A stretch of DNA of 64,000 nucleotides, taken from positions 992,001 to 1,056,000 of the forward strand of contig OZ024747.1 in NCBI GenBank assembly GCA_964016885.1, written 5' to 3'. The notes under the pieces were generated by a model. It had not been told where the DNA came from, made no database searches, and was given only the letters and a program-made list of their open reading frames with translations. The DNA comes from Eledone cirrhosa (Eukaryota). The translations under genes and the position numbers were made by a program. Positions 47,901-61,684 of the stretch are shown here, piece by piece; the first letter of the stretch is position 1, and the number at the start of each line of letters is the position of its first letter.

Positions 47901-49000
47901 CTCGGTCATAATATGAATGACCGTCCCATTCTGAAGGTGGATGTGGTCCGGGATTGTCTTCACATTCTCCGGCCTGATCTGGAGAAGTATCTCCAGGTCA
48001 ACCCCGGACCAGTCCTCTCTGGCAGTTCTTGTCACTTCTATCGGGACATTATCCGTCCCCTCCACAATCACACATCCGAGAAGCCACTACATGTCAAGTC
48101 CTGGTGGGATTCTGGGAATGCGGAGACGGGCCGTTCTTTTTCCCATGTGGCAGGGGTACATTATGACCTTGCTGGTTTTGCAAGGTGTCATAGCGTGTTT
48201 CATAGCGAGGGCCTCTGACTTAAACAGCACCGAAATGGTGCCGTATTGTCTGCCCCTCGCTATGTATTCAGTGTCATCCCTGATGCACCTCAGCGCGACT
48301 TCGACATCTGCTTGTGGAATTGAAGCTGCCCTCTTGGTTTCTGCTGAGATGCATCTGTAATGCACCGTTCTACGCTTCACTGCCTCAATAGCTTCTACCG
48401 GGACAGTTAAGTTGGCCCAGGTTTGCTCTTGCTTGATGAGCTTCCAGGCCTGGGCCAACTCTTCATCTTTGTTTGAGAGGTCCATACTGAAGCATGGCCT
48501 CTTTTTGGCTGCTGCCGCAGCGAAAGTGTTCTTCTTGTTGTCGTTGGTGGTGTTGTTGTTGTCGTTGTTCTTGTTGGTGTTGTTATCACTGTCGCTGTTA
48601 TCATTGTTGTCTTTGGTGCCGCCGTTGTTCTCGGTGCAGTTGGTATTGTTGCTGTTGGTGTTGTCGCTATTCGTTTTCATGTTAGTGTTGTTGATATTGT
48701 TGTTGCATTTGTTGTCATTTTTTCTGTTATCTGTATTTTCGTTGTCGTTGTTACTGTCATTTTTTTCAAAATTAGAGTTCTCAGTGTTGTTATCATTGCT
48801 GTCTTTGTTCACGTTGTTTGTGGTGGTGTTTGTTGTATCAATTTCTGTTAAATTCGCCGTAACGCTCCTCTCAATTTTTACGTCGTTGTGGCATGACAGC
48901 AGACATATCGCTGGGGGGCGTGGCTCAGCCATGTTTTTTTTTGTTTTTTTTCCTCGATAATTTTTTAAAATGTAAAAAGGTTCAAATATTTGGGCCAAAA
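44971..49000 (-). mobile_element. L1/Tx1-type LINE (copy 2, diverged subfamily), decayed, 3' part missing
   Basis: ORF1 from ATG 48932 with CFVCGEKTHLRAFC; ORF2 from ATG 46959 with endonuclease and RT (RQGCPLS, YADD) broken by frameshifts and deletions. Confidence 0.92.
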
Positions 49001-49061
49001 GGCACAAATATTATTCTTTCCCCTTCACAGGGCAAAGTCCAAGGGCTTGTATCCCTTACAC

Positions 49062-49352
49062 CAATGTTTCTCAAACTATCTGATGAGGCGGACCGGCATT
49101 TTTTTTTACAATGTGCCACGTACTGCTAATATTTCGTAGTAATATTAATTTATACCGGAAACGATATATATAATGAATATAATAATAGTTGACCATTATT
49201 TTTAATCTTCTATTTATTTTGTAAACAAATAATACAATATCAAAACATATAAAAAAGTAATAAAAAAAATTCCTCAAATGATTCCTTAACATGGCCTGGA
49301 CACTGGCCGCGTACCGGTAGCGGTCCGCGGACCACCACTTTGAGTAGCACTG
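49062..49352. mobile_element. hAT (Charlie-type) MITE
   Basis: Ends caatgtttctcaaa / tttgagtagcactg; 8-bp TSD ccttacac / acttacac. Confidence 0.8.
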
Positions 49353-49454
49353 ACTTACACAACAAGAAAATATTCAATAAATAAGTTTTGACAGGTAAAT
49401 AAATAAACTTACGAGAGCGAGAAAAAGACGTCCGTTCAGACCCAATAATAATAA

Positions 49455-49565
49455 TAATTGTTTCTACTTTAGGCACAAGGCCAGCAATATCCCAGTGCAT
49501 TACTGGTACTTTATTTTATCGACCTCGTAAGGATGAAAAGCAAAGTCAACCTCGGCGGGATTTGA
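49455..49565 (-). mobile_element. SINE fragment (same family as 29988-30180)
   Basis: Reverse complement of the core and tail. Confidence 0.75.
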
Positions 49566-49842
49566 ATAATAATAATAATGTCTCTCAGATTCTCTCCGTC
49601 ACTCTCTCTTTATGTGTATATATATGTATGTATATATATATATATATATGTATATATATGTGTATATATGTATGTATATATATATATATGTATATATATG
49701 TATATATATGTATATATATATATGTATATATATGTGTATATATGTATCTATGTATATATATATATATATGTATATATATGTATCCATATATGTATATATA
49801 TATATATGTGTGTATATATATGTATGTATATATATATATACA

Positions 49843-50396
49843 CATGGTCGGGTCGTTGGCGACTAAACTGGCAACTCCACCAAGGTTTCTTGGTGAGGAG
49901 GGTGACTTTGGACATCCTGCAGGACTAAAAACAAAACCTGTCAAAGGGCAAAGAGCTCTTAAGAGTCAATGGCTATCCAAAATCACCGGAAGAGATGACC
50001 CCTTAGCCTTTGTCAAGGCAGAATTCTAGGAGAAGGAAAACTCTGATATAACACCTGCAACCCTGATGGTATCCAATGATGTTGACTTGTTCTTCTTTTT
50101 GGTAAATATCATCTTGGTTAAGAGAGTGGGACTGGCTTTGTGCAGTGCCTTTGCTCACTATAAAAGCTTCACGGCACAGGCATTGCTTTATATCTGGAGA
50201 TCTCTGCACTTGTCGTCACATTGTACCATGGGCCCAACACTATGTGTCAATAATTGTCACAAGTGTAGTGTTTGTACCAGAGTTTTCAAGTCGCTGGCTG
50301 GACTAAAAAGTCACACTCGTTCAGCGCATTGGTAGGAGTTCTCCTACATGGATATAAAGTAGTGGCCGTACTCGAGGACGAGTTGGCAACCACCAT
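49843..50396 (+). mobile_element. Non-autonomous RTE-derived element (copy 2, 5'-shortened)
   Basis: Near-identical to 6543-7149; C2H2 motif [22 protein letters not shown] at 50264-50329. Confidence 0.75.
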
Positions 50397-51148
50397 ATGT
50401 ATATATATGTATATATATGTATGTATATATATGTATATATATGTATGTATATATATGTATATATATGTGTATATATATATATGTGTATATATATGTATGT
50501 ATATATATATATGTATATATATATATGTATATATATGTATATATATATATGTATGTATATATGTATATATATGTATGCATATATGTATGTATATATATAT
50601 ATATAGAGAGAGAGAGACGCCATGACAGTAATATGTCAGACGAGGTCAACCAGTGCACCTTATGTCCACTACGTCTACCACTTGTCTGGTCACTGTTCAG
50701 CCTTTATCACATTATTTCTCACTTCTTCCCCCGCACCCTCACTCACTCTCCCTTCTCTTCACCCCCCCCTCTCCCTCTGTGTATATATATATTATAAATA
50801 GTCGGGACCCCGGCAGCTGAGCTCTTGCCGTTTCAGCAGCTAGTTCCAGACTGAGTTTGTAATATAACCAAACTCTACTACCCCAAGTATCGAGTACTCT
50901 GTTGAGTAATGGTCTAACCAGTTTCGAGTTCAAATCCCACCGAAGACAACTTTGCCTTTCATCCGTTCAAGGTCAATAAGTACCAGTGATGTACTGGGTC
51001 GATTCTTCCTCTATATCTCTTTCTATCTTTCTCTGGAATAAATCTGCTGTATTCAGGCCTGGAGAGGGATCGGCTGTCAGGCTTTAAATGTCCAAGAAAC
51101 GCCGTATGACAATATGGCGCCTGTACGACTCTATCGGGAGTTTTGGGT

Positions 51149-51202
<54 letters not shown>

Positions 51203-51396
51203 ACACACACACATGTACACATACACCCACACCCACACAAACACACACGCACATACTTATACACATAGACACACATACACATACACACACATGCACACAT
51301 ACACATATATACACACATGTACACATACACACACACATACACACACACACATACACGTACACACACATGTACACATACACACACGTACACACATAC

Positions 51397-51456
<60 letters not shown>

Positions 51457-51493
51457 TTTTAGTATATCCGTGTATGCAAGATTAAGCACTCAC

Positions 51494-51626
51494 ATTCTTT
51501 GATGGGTTTCAGTCTTTGAGCTATGGGCTTGCTCTCTACGAGTGTCATCGCCACCACCGTCACTATCACAACCGTCCACTGTGTGTTGCACTCAATGACC
51601 TGTTCCCATGTTATCCACCACAACAT
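51494..51626 (-). CDS. Candidate first coding exon of a host secreted-protein gene (exon 51687-51494)
   Basis: Acceptor ttagtattttcag, donor gtgagt in phase 1, ATG at 51626 encoding MLWW...WTVVIVTVVAMTLVES-KPIAQRLKPIKE (hydrophobic core with a VES/KP cleavage-like site). Confidence 0.45.
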
Positions 51627-51734
51627 GTCTTCTACAAGGTGTAATTGACTCACATCCGGGTGACTCGAACTATTTCACCCCGGGGACCTGAAAATACTAA
51701 ATTATGATGATGACAATGATAGTAATGGAAGTAC

Positions 51735-52665
51735 TGGTGGTGGTGGTAGTGGTGGTAGTGGTGGTAGTGGTGGTGGTGGTGGTAGTGGTGGTGGTAGTGG
51801 TGGTAGTGGTGGTGGTGGTGGTGGTAGTGGTGGTAGTGGTGGTGGTGGTGGTGGTGGTAGTGGTGGTAGTGGTGGTAGCGGTGGAGGTGGTAGTGGTGGT
51901 GGTAGTAGTGGTGGAGGTAGTGGTGGTGGTAGTGGTGGTGGACGTAGTGGTGGTGGTGGTAGTGGTGGTAGTGGTGGTAGTGGTGGTAGTGGTGGTGGTG
52001 GTGGTGGTAGTGGTGGTAGTGGTGGTAGTGGTGGTAGTGGTGGAGGTAGTGGTGGTGGTAGTGGTGGTAGTGGTGGTGGTGGTGGTGGTAGTGGTGGTAG
52101 TGGTGGTGGTGGTGGTGGTAGTGGTGGTAGTGGTGGTAGTGGTGGAGGTGGTAGTGGTGGTGGTAGTAGTGGTGGTAGTGGTGGTAGTGGTGGAGGTGGT
52201 AGTGGTGGTGGTGGTAGTGGTGGAGGTAGTGGTGGTGGTAGTGGTGGTAGTGGTGGTAGTGGTGGTGGTGGTGGTGGTAGTGGTGGTAGTGGTGGTGGTA
52301 GTGGTGGTAGTGGTGGTAGTGGTGGTAGTGGTGGAGGTGGTAGTGGTGGTGGTAGTAGTGGTGGAGGTAGTGGTGGTGGTAGTGGTGGTGGACGTAGTGG
52401 TGGTGGTGGTAGTGGTGGTAGTAGTAGTAGTGGTGGTAGTGGTGGTGGTAGTAGTGGAGGTGTTAGTGGTGGTGGTAGTAGTGGTGGAGGTAGTGGTGGT
52501 GGTAGTGGTGGAGGTAGTGGTGGTGGTGGTGGTAGTGGTAGTGGTGGTAGTGGTAGTGGTGGTGGTGGTAGTGGTGGTGGTGGTGGTAGTGGTAGTGGTG
52601 GTGGTGGTAGTGGTGGTGGTGGTAGTGGTAGTGGTAGTAGTGCAGGTGGTAGTGGTGGTAGTGGT
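51735..52665. repeat. (GGT/AGT)n array
   Basis: Direct reading of the sequence. Confidence 0.95.
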
Positions 52666-53139
52666 GATAATGATGTTATTACCTGTGATAATGGCGGTAG
52701 TGATGACAGTTGTAATAAAATAACCCGCTTCTTTCTGTCCCCCCCCCCCCTTCCATTAACCCACCTTCCCCCTTCCTTCCCTTTTTTCTTCCGTTTCGTC
52801 ATCCCCGCTTCCTTCACCTTTATTTTTTATTCTCACCTGTTTGTCCCCCCTCTCTCCCCCCATCTCCCCCCTCTCTCTCCTCCCTCTCTCTTCTCTCTCT
52901 TCCTCTCTCTCTCCTCTCTCTCCCCCTCTCCTTTGTCTCCTCTCTTCTCTCTCTCCCCCTCTCTCCCCCTCTTGCTCTCCCTCCCTAACCCAAAATATTT
53001 CGATGAAGAAATTATTATTTATTTCTATTCCCTTATATTCTGATATTTATCAGGTTTTGTTAGTAAAGTTCTGTATTTTGATGCCTAGAAACGTCACAAT
53101 TATTACAACTATATAGAAGGGCGTCGTACACCCTGCTTC

Positions 53140-53462
53140 GTTCCGAGGTTAACTTTGCCTTTCATCCTTACGGGGTCGATAAAATAAAGTACCGGTAATA
53201 CACTGGGTTGTTTTAATCGGCTTTTTCCTCCCCCCAAATTGCTGAATTTGTACCAAAAGTAGAAACCATTATTGCAGTGGATTGGCAGTATCGGTAGAGG
53301 GTCGGACGCCATGCTTTCTAGCATAGTTAGGTCCCTTTACGATCTGAGTTCAAATCCCGTCGAGGTTGACTATGCTTTTCATCCTTACGAGGTCGATAAA
53401 ATAAAGTACCAGTCACGCACTGGGTAATTGCTGGCTTTGTGCCTAAAGTAGAAACCATTATT
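53140..53462 (+). mobile_element. Two head-to-tail SINE copies
   Basis: The core and the tail ccaaaagtagaaaccattatt occur twice; the second copy has A and B boxes. Confidence 0.8.
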
Positions 53463-53718
53463 GCAGTTATGTAACAATGATTTAGACACCACCAAGACCT
53501 CTATTTACTGATACAGTATTTCTTGTTATATTCTAAATTTCAGCCAACTCAAACTACTATCCATTTAATAGTAAATTTTGTAAATATAGTCTAATAAATT
53601 CCACTTTTACATGAGTCTATACAGTATATATACATACATGCGCATATATATATACATATATGCGCATATATATATATATATACATACATGCGCATATATA
53701 TATTCATATATATACACA

Positions 53719-53790
<72 letters not shown>

Positions 53791-54768
53791 TTACTTTTAC
53801 TCTGGGGTTTCCTCGATGTACCCTCATTCACCACTGAGAATAAAAAACTTCTAGACCTCGAAAAAACTTCTAAAGTAACATTCTACAATGTCGATGACCA
53901 TGCTGGAGCAAGTTTGTATAAACGTGTGATGAAAACTGGTTTATACCAAACAGAAATACCCTAAAGTGTCTATATTAGATTTGATTCTCTCCCCTTACAT
54001 CAGCGTTTCATATCTTACGAGGCGGTAAAATATATGTACCAGTCAATATAACAGATTCAAGCCTTTGAAGACGGTGTTCCAGCAGTGCCGCAACTCTATC
54101 ATAAGAATATAGAGAAAGCGGCGGGATGAGATGTCAACAGAAGGAAGGAAAAGAAGAAAGACAAGGAAAATGAGATAACTTTTGAAATATATCTTTAACG
54201 CTTAATGGCGGTCATTAGTGTGATATTTGGTGGTCTTTTGAAATAAACCACAACCAACCATCAAAATTCACTATTTGGTCCTCATGAATAAACGAACCTC
54301 AACACACACAAAAATGAAAAAAAATAACAAAAACAATTTTCAAAAACTGCTTAATCATAGATAACAAAAAAAATAGTTTATCCAATTAGATATTTCTGTT
54401 AAACTCATTTCGGTTTCTTTGTTGTGAATTTTTAACAACCTGTTTGTTTCCTGAACATAAAGGACGGAAACAAAGAAAACTAGCTGAAGACTTGGTCGTG
54501 AGCGTTATATGTGACAACTTTGTTGTGACTTTTGTCCTATTTTATTGTCGACTAAAATTGAACGAATCGGAAGGGAGTGTATAAATGGCAAGGAGTGGTT
54601 AAAGTTTCATAAATTGAATAGAAAATAATAGAAATTAATGAATGTACATACATAGATACATACACACACATATATATATATATGTATAATAATATATATA
54701 TATGTGTTTATATATACATATATATACTTACAGACACACATATATGTATGTGTGTATGTATGTATGTA

Positions 54769-55363
54769 TGTCAGGTCACCAGTTGGTGCTACTGGTAACA
54801 TGTCTCATGGTCGGGTCGTTGGCGACTAAACTGGCAACCCCACCAAGGTTTCTTGGTGAGGAGGGTGACTTTGGACATCCTGCAGGACTAAAAACAAAAC
54901 CTGTCAAAGGGCAAAGGAGCTCTTAAGAGTCAATGGTCATCCAAAATCACCGGGAGAGATGACCCCTTAGCCTTTGTCAAGGCAGAATTCTAGGAGAAGG
55001 AAAACTCTGATATAACACCTGCAACCCTGATGGTATCCAATGATGTTGACTTGTTCTTCTTTTTGGTAAATATCATCTTGGTTAAGAGAGTGGGACTGGC
55101 TTTGTGCAGTGCCTTTGCTCACTATAAAAGCTTCACGGCACAGGCATTGCTTTATATCTGGAGATCTCTCTGCACTTGTCGTCACATGGTACCATGGGCC
55201 CAGCACTATGTGTCAATAATTGTCACAAGCGTAGTGTTTGTACCAGAGTTTTCAAGTCGCTGGCTGGACTAAAAAGTCACACTCGTTCAGCGCATCGGTA
55301 AGGGTTCTCCTACATGGATATAAAGTAGTGGCCGTACTCGAAAACGAGTTGGCAGCCACCATG
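54769..55363 (+). mobile_element. Non-autonomous RTE-derived element (copy 3) with (ATGT)n tail
   Basis: Near-identical to copies 1 and 2. Confidence 0.78.
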
Positions 55364-55401
55364 TATGTATGTATGTATGTATGTATGTATGTATGTATGT
55401 A

Positions 55402-55477
<76 letters not shown>

Positions 55478-55760
55478 CGTGTATGTATGTAAGTAGCTAT
55501 AAATATACCAGAATTGTTAGTAATGATATGAAATAGGGAGTGGTATAAAAAGGTAACGTAGCAAAGATTTTTGATTCAGCACTATGATGATAGCAAAGAA
55601 GTAGGTGTTAGCTACATACAAAAGAAAGAGGGGAGGAGCTGATAGCGTGATGTAGAGTTAGGAAGAGAGAAGATGAGAAATCTAATAAGAGGAGTATTTA
55701 CGAGTAATATATAATAAATTACGGTCATTTCTGCGATGTTCTTAATATATTTGTAAAAAT

Positions 55761-56775
55761 GAGACAGTGGTTCCTAATGGTTTAAGACAGTGGTTCCTAA
55801 TGGTTTAAGACAGCTGTTCCTAATGGTCTAGGATAGTGGTCCCTAATGGTCTAAGACAGCTATTCCTAATGGTCTAAGACAGTGGTCCCTAATAGTCTAA
55901 GACAGTGGTCCCTAATGGTCTAAGACAGCGGTCCCTAATGGTCTAAGATAGTGGTCCCTAATGGTCTAAGACAGCGGTCCCTAATGGTCTAAGACAGCGG
56001 TCCCTAATGGTCTAAGATAGTGGTCCCTAATGGTCTAAGACAGCGGTCCCTAACGGTCTAAGACAGTGGTCTCTATCGGTCTAAGACAGCTGTTCCTAAT
56101 GGTCTAAGAGAGTGGTCCCTAATGGTCTAAGACAGCGGTCCCTAATGGTCTGACAGCGGTCCCTAATGGTCTAAGACAGTGGTCCCTAATGGTCTAAGAC
56201 AGTGGTCCCTAATGGTCTAAGACAGCGGTCCCTAATGGTCTAAGACAGCTGTTCCTAATGGTCTAAGACAGCGGTCCCTAATGGTCTAAGATAGTGGTCC
56301 CTAATGGTCTAAGACAGCGGTCCCTAATGGTCTAAGACAGCGGTCCCTAATGGTCTAAGATAGTGGTCCCTAATGGTCTAAGACAGCGGTCCCTAATGGT
56401 CTAAGACAGTGGTCTCTATCGGTCTAAGACAGCTGTTCCTAATGGTCTAAGAGAGTGGTCCCTAATGGTCTAAGACAGCGGTCCCTAATGGTCTGACAGC
56501 GGTCCCTAATGGTCTAAGACAGTGGTCCCTAATGGTCTAAGACAGTGGTCCCTAATGGTCTAAGACAGCGGTCCCTAATGGTCTAAGACAGCTGTTCCTA
56601 ATGGTCTAAGACAGCGGTCCCTAATGGTCTAAGACAGCGGTCCCTAATGGTCTAAGACAGTGGTCCCTAATTGTCTAAGACAGTGGTCCCTAATGGTCTA
56701 AGACAGTGGTCCCTAATGGTCTAAGACAGTGGTCCCTAATGGTCTAAGACAGCGGTCCCTAATGGTCTAAGACAC
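55761..56775. repeat. 23-bp minisatellite CAGYGGTCCCTAATGGTCTAAGA with a 343-bp higher-order duplication
   Basis: Period 23; variants ctctatcggt (56071/56414) and ggtctgacag (56147/56490) recur 343 bp apart. Confidence 0.95.
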
Positions 56776-57042
56776 CATAGACCAGTGACATACAAGACAA
56801 TTTCTCCACTGACCGGTGACTCATTAATCCTCTCTGTTTCAATGTCCTCCATTATTTCATCAATTCCTCTAGGTATGGTGCTAACCAAAAGAGTAACCAT
56901 TGCTACCTTTTTAACTAAAGCTTCTCCTAAAACTTCACAGCAAATGTCTTTAGTGACAGGTAGGATCAATTCTTCACTAAGTGAACGGCTTCTTAGTGGC
57001 CCAGTACCAAATGGTCCACGGCCTGGTGGTTAGGCACTGCTG
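56750..57042. mobile_element. hAT (Charlie-type) MITE abutting the minisatellite
   Basis: Ends cagcggtccctaa / ttaggcactgctg, subterminal ggtccacggcc, followed by gtctaaac. Confidence 0.6.
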
Positions 57043-57580
57043 GTCTAAACTATATCAGAAGACATTACTGCGGCCGCTCTAGCAATTCCGCTAACCCACC
57101 GCCCTCAACTAATACTATATTTATAGACCTCAACATACCCTTATAATGAGTACCACGTGAATGAGTGAGGACTAGCCTGAGAAAAAAAAAGCAACAACCA
57201 CCACCAAAGTTTTCCAGTATGGTTTTAGTCGTGATGGCTAAAACAAACAAAATAACTAAAGAAAGGATTCCAACTGGAAGGTTAAATGGTGTTAAAGATT
57301 AGACAGGGAGTTTTTAGGTGGTCACTAGGTTTGTTAGAAATAGCAGCTAAATCTCACTCACATCACCCCACTGGAAAAAGTCTACAGTTAGATAACTTCC
57401 AGTCAAGTGAATCATATCATTTGTTGGGTATAGTTTGTCATACACAAGGCTATATCAACAAAGGAATGATGTCATTACACCATGACCATGTCAAAGAGTG
57501 CGGCTATAATTTCACATTTCAGATTTCTTTTTTAAATTTCTTTTCATAACCGGTTGACTTACGAAGCTTTGGTAATTGGA

Positions 57581-58103
57581 AATTTGAAAATATAGTTGTC
57601 CCAATACAGATGACTATAATAATAGTTGACCACTATAAATAATAGTTGAAAAAAATGGACTGTGAAGCCTTCTGACCACTTTCTCAGTCTCCACATGTAC
57701 TTTACCCGGGCCCAGATTTAATGGGGAGCAAAGGGGGTAATTGCCCCGGGTCTCCTGTAGTGTGTGTGTGTATGGGGGGGGGGGGGGCAGCGACAGTAAT
57801 ACCAATTTATTTGTGTCCTCACCTGGGCTTTTTAGTTTTAGGATAGTTAGAATTTCTGAATTTAATACCTGTATGTATAACGTTTCACCAATGACTTGTG
57901 CCAAGCTGAATTTAATATGTAAGATTGGGAGGTGTGCTGTGTATTGCAATATTTTGTGTATGAGGGGCTTCCCCAAATCTGAAGTGACTCCCCACCCCAA
58001 GGTCTAAATCCAACCCTCAATTTACCTGAATGCTTCAAATATCATTTATAGTGCTCAACTATTATTATAGTTATCTGCCCTGGGGCAACTATATTTTCAA
58101 ATT
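57581..58103. mobile_element. MITE-like element with about 62-bp inverted ends containing a nested hAT-like MITE (57707-58018)
   Basis: Outer arms 57581-57643 / 58041-58103; inner ends cgggcccagattta / taaatccaaccctc with TSD actttacc / aatttacc. Confidence 0.65.
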
Positions 58104-58124
58104 AATTTTCATAAAGTTGCATTT

Positions 58125-60128
58125 TGTAGTGTAGTGTGTATGTTAGTGTAGTGTGTATATTAATGTAGTGTAGTGTGTATGTTAATGTAGTGTAGTGTGT
58201 ATGTTAGTGTAGTTTAGGGTAGTGTGTATGTTAGTGTAGTGTAGTGTGTATTTTAGTGTAGTGTAGTGTGTATGTTAGTGTAGTGTAGTGTGTATTTTAG
58301 TGTAGTGTAGTGTGTATGTTAGTGTAGTGTGTATGTTAATGTAGTGTAGTGTGTATGTTAGTGTAGTGTAGTATGTATGTTAATGTAGTGTAGTGTGTAT
58401 GTTAGTGTAGTGTAGTGTGTATGTTAGTGTAGTGTAGTGTGTATGTTAATGTAGTGTAGTGTGTATGTTAGTGTAGTGTAGTATGTATGTTAGTGTAGTG
58501 TAGTGTGTATGTTAGTGTAGTGTAGTTTGTATGTTAATGTAGTGTAGTGTGTATGTTAGTGTAGTGTAGTATGTATGTTAATGTAGTGTAGTGTGTATGT
58601 TAGTGTAGTGTGTGTATTAGTGTAGTGTAGTGTGTATGTTAGTGTAGTGTAGTGTGTATGTTAGTGTAGTGTGTGTATTAGTGTAGTGTAGTGTGTATGT
58701 TAGTGTAGTGTAGTGTGTATATTAGTGTAGTGTAGTGTGTATGTTAGTGTAGTGTGTGTATTAGTGTAGTGTAGTGTGTATGTTAGTGTAGTGTAGTGTG
58801 TATTTTAGTGTAGTGTAGTGTGTATGTTAGTGTAGTGTAGTGTGTATGTTAATGTAGTGTAGTGTGTATGTTAGTGTAGTGTAGTGTGTATGTTAGTGTA
58901 GTGTAGTGTGTATGTTAATGTAGTGTGTATGTTCATGTAGTGTAGTGTGTATGTTAGTGTAGTATGTATGTTAGTGTAGTGTAGTGTGTATGTTAGTGTA
59001 GTGGGTATGTTAGTGTAGTGTAGTGTGTATATTAGTGTAGTGTAGTGTGTATGTTAGTGTAGTGTAGTGTGTATGTTAATGTAGTGTGTATGTAAATGTA
59101 GTGTAGTGTGTATGTTAGTGTAGTTTAGTGTAGTGTGTATGTTAATGTAGTGTGTATGTTAATGTAGTATGTATGTTAATGTAGTGTAGTGTGTATGTTA
59201 GTGTAGTGTAGTGTGTATGTTAGTGTAGTGTAGTATGTATGTTAATGTAGTGTAGTGTGTATATTAGTGTAGTGTAGTGTGTATGTTAGTGTAGTGTAGT
59301 GTGTATGTTAGTGTAGTGTAGTGTGTATATTAGTGTAGTGTAGTGTGTATGTTAGTGTAGTGTAGTGTGTATATTAGTGTAGTGTAGTGTGTATGTTAGT
59401 GTAGTGTAGTGTGTATATTAGTGTAGTGTAGTGTGTATGTTAGTGTAGTGTAGTGTGTATGTTAGTGTAGTGTAGTGTGTATATTAGTGTAGTGTAGTGT
59501 GTATGTTAGTGTAGTGTAGTGTGTATGTTAATGTAGTGTAGTGTGTATGTTAATGTAGTGTAGTGTGTATGTTAGTGTAGTGTAGTGTGTATGTTAGTGT
59601 AGTGTAGTGTGTATGTTAGTGTAGTGTAGTGTGTATATTAGTGTAGTGTAGTGTGTATGTTAGTGTAGTGTAGTGTGTATGTTAATGTAGTGTAGTGTGT
59701 ATGTTAATGTAGTGTAGTGTGTATGTTAGTGTAGTGTAGTGTGTATGTTAGTGTAGTGTAGTGTGTATGTTAGTGTAGTGTAGTGTGTATATTAGTGTAG
59801 TGTAGTGTGTATGTTAGTGTAGTGTAGTGTGTATATTAGTGTAGTGTAGTGTGTATGTTAGTGTAGTGTAGTGTGTATGTTAGTGTAGTGTAGTGTGTAT
59901 ATTAGTGTAGTGTAGTGTGTATGTTAGTGTAGTGTAGTGTGTATGTTAGTGTAGTGTAGTGTGTATGTTAGTGTAGTGTGTATGGTAGTGTAGTGTGTAT
60001 GTTAATGTAGTGTAGTGTGTATGTTAGTGTAGTGTAGTGTGTATGTTAGTGTAGTGTAGTGTGTATGTTAATATAGTGTAGTGTGTATGTTAGTGTAGTG
60101 TAGTGTGTATGTTAATGTAGTGTGTATG
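58125..60128. repeat. Minisatellite with a unit of about 22 bp, TGTATGTTAGTGTAGTGTAGTG
   Basis: Direct reading of the sequence. Confidence 0.95.
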
Positions 60129-60543
60129 TGCCAGCTTTGTGATAATACATAGAGTGAGATGAGGTTGTAAGGTGTCGCTATTGTATAAATTAATGCATAT
60201 ATCAGCTAAAGCATGGCTAGTGTCCACTGGAAATATACTACAGTTGTGTGTAGGATGTTTCAGAAAATTGGAAATTTAAATGGAATTATAAAAGCCAAAA
60301 GAATGGAGACTGTCGCACACTGTTCGCATAAAATTATAATGAAAAAATAAAAGGGAATATAAAAATATTAAACAATTAATTAGGCAATCAATTATTCGAC
60401 TTACATCTAAGGTTAGCATTATGGCAGGTGGAGTAGGTTGATATGAGCGGCTCCAACGAAGATTAGAGACTTAACAAAAGTCTATTAGCGTGGCTTTGGA
60501 GAACTTTTGAACGGGGGATACAGATATGTGGGAGATATTAGCA

Positions 60544-60631
<88 letters not shown>

Positions 60632-60636
60632 TGAGG

Positions 60637-60772
60637 TCCTGAAATAGCCGTCGAAACGGCTTGAGCTCTGCCGTCGGGGTCATACTTTTTCCTATTTCCC
60701 ACTCTACTACTTTAAGTATTGAGTACTATGGTGCGTGTGGCCCATTTGGTTCCTTACCACAATTCCTTTGTC
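60637..60772 (+). mobile_element. Penelope pLTR fragment beginning inside HHR stem II
   Basis: gaaatagccgtc-GAAA-cggc...gccg-TC-ggggtcatac; same family as 9730 and 31427. Confidence 0.7.
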
Positions 60773-60850
<78 letters not shown>

Positions 60851-61144
60851 TTCTTTATGAATAATGTAAAGAAAGTCTAAGAAATGTACAAAGTTGGTGG
60901 CCAGGTTTCAAGAAAACACATCATTATGAATAAGTAGGAAAATTACATAGAGTATGTTAAATAGATATCTAGTCACGCTGGCGTACGCAAACACACACAC
61001 ATATATATATACATGCATATTATATATATATACACACACACAAACATATATATATATATATATATACGTACACTCACGTACATACGCAAAAACCTACATA
61101 TACTTACACACATATTTAGCCACGCTGTTATACGCAAACACACG

Positions 61145-61241
<97 letters not shown>

Positions 61242-61335
61242 ACACACATATGTAGATTAGTAATTAACTGAAATCTCCAAAATATTATATAACAAAGAAA
61301 AATGAGTAAACCCACAACTACACACACACACACAC

Positions 61336-61383
<48 letters not shown>

Positions 61384-61684
61384 TTACACAGTCATTCAAC
61401 TTGACAAAGCAACAATCATCAACGTAGGGTGACACACTAAAGGTATTATGTCGTTTTATCAAACCTGATCAAGTGACTCAGGAGTTTTAACTCTTTCCAG
61501 AAGATGATGATGGTGATGATGATGGTGATGATGGTGGTCATGGGGATGGTCATGATGATGGTCATGATGATGTCACCGGACAATGACAGCACTGAGCTCC
61601 AACACAAACAAATGCTCATATTATCTATCTATCTATCTATCTATCTCTCCATCTCTCTCTCTATCTATCTATCTATCTCTCCAA

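Noticed and set aside
55761-56775. CRISPR-like appearance of 23-bp repeats (also 12208-12410)
   Set aside because: Repeats are contiguous with no unique spacers, there are no cas genes, and the context is eukaryotic.
60395-60545. Minus-strand GTAAGT donor or AIMLTLDVS RT-like motif
   Set aside because: No acceptor or sustained open frame; cannot distinguish a decayed RT from chance.
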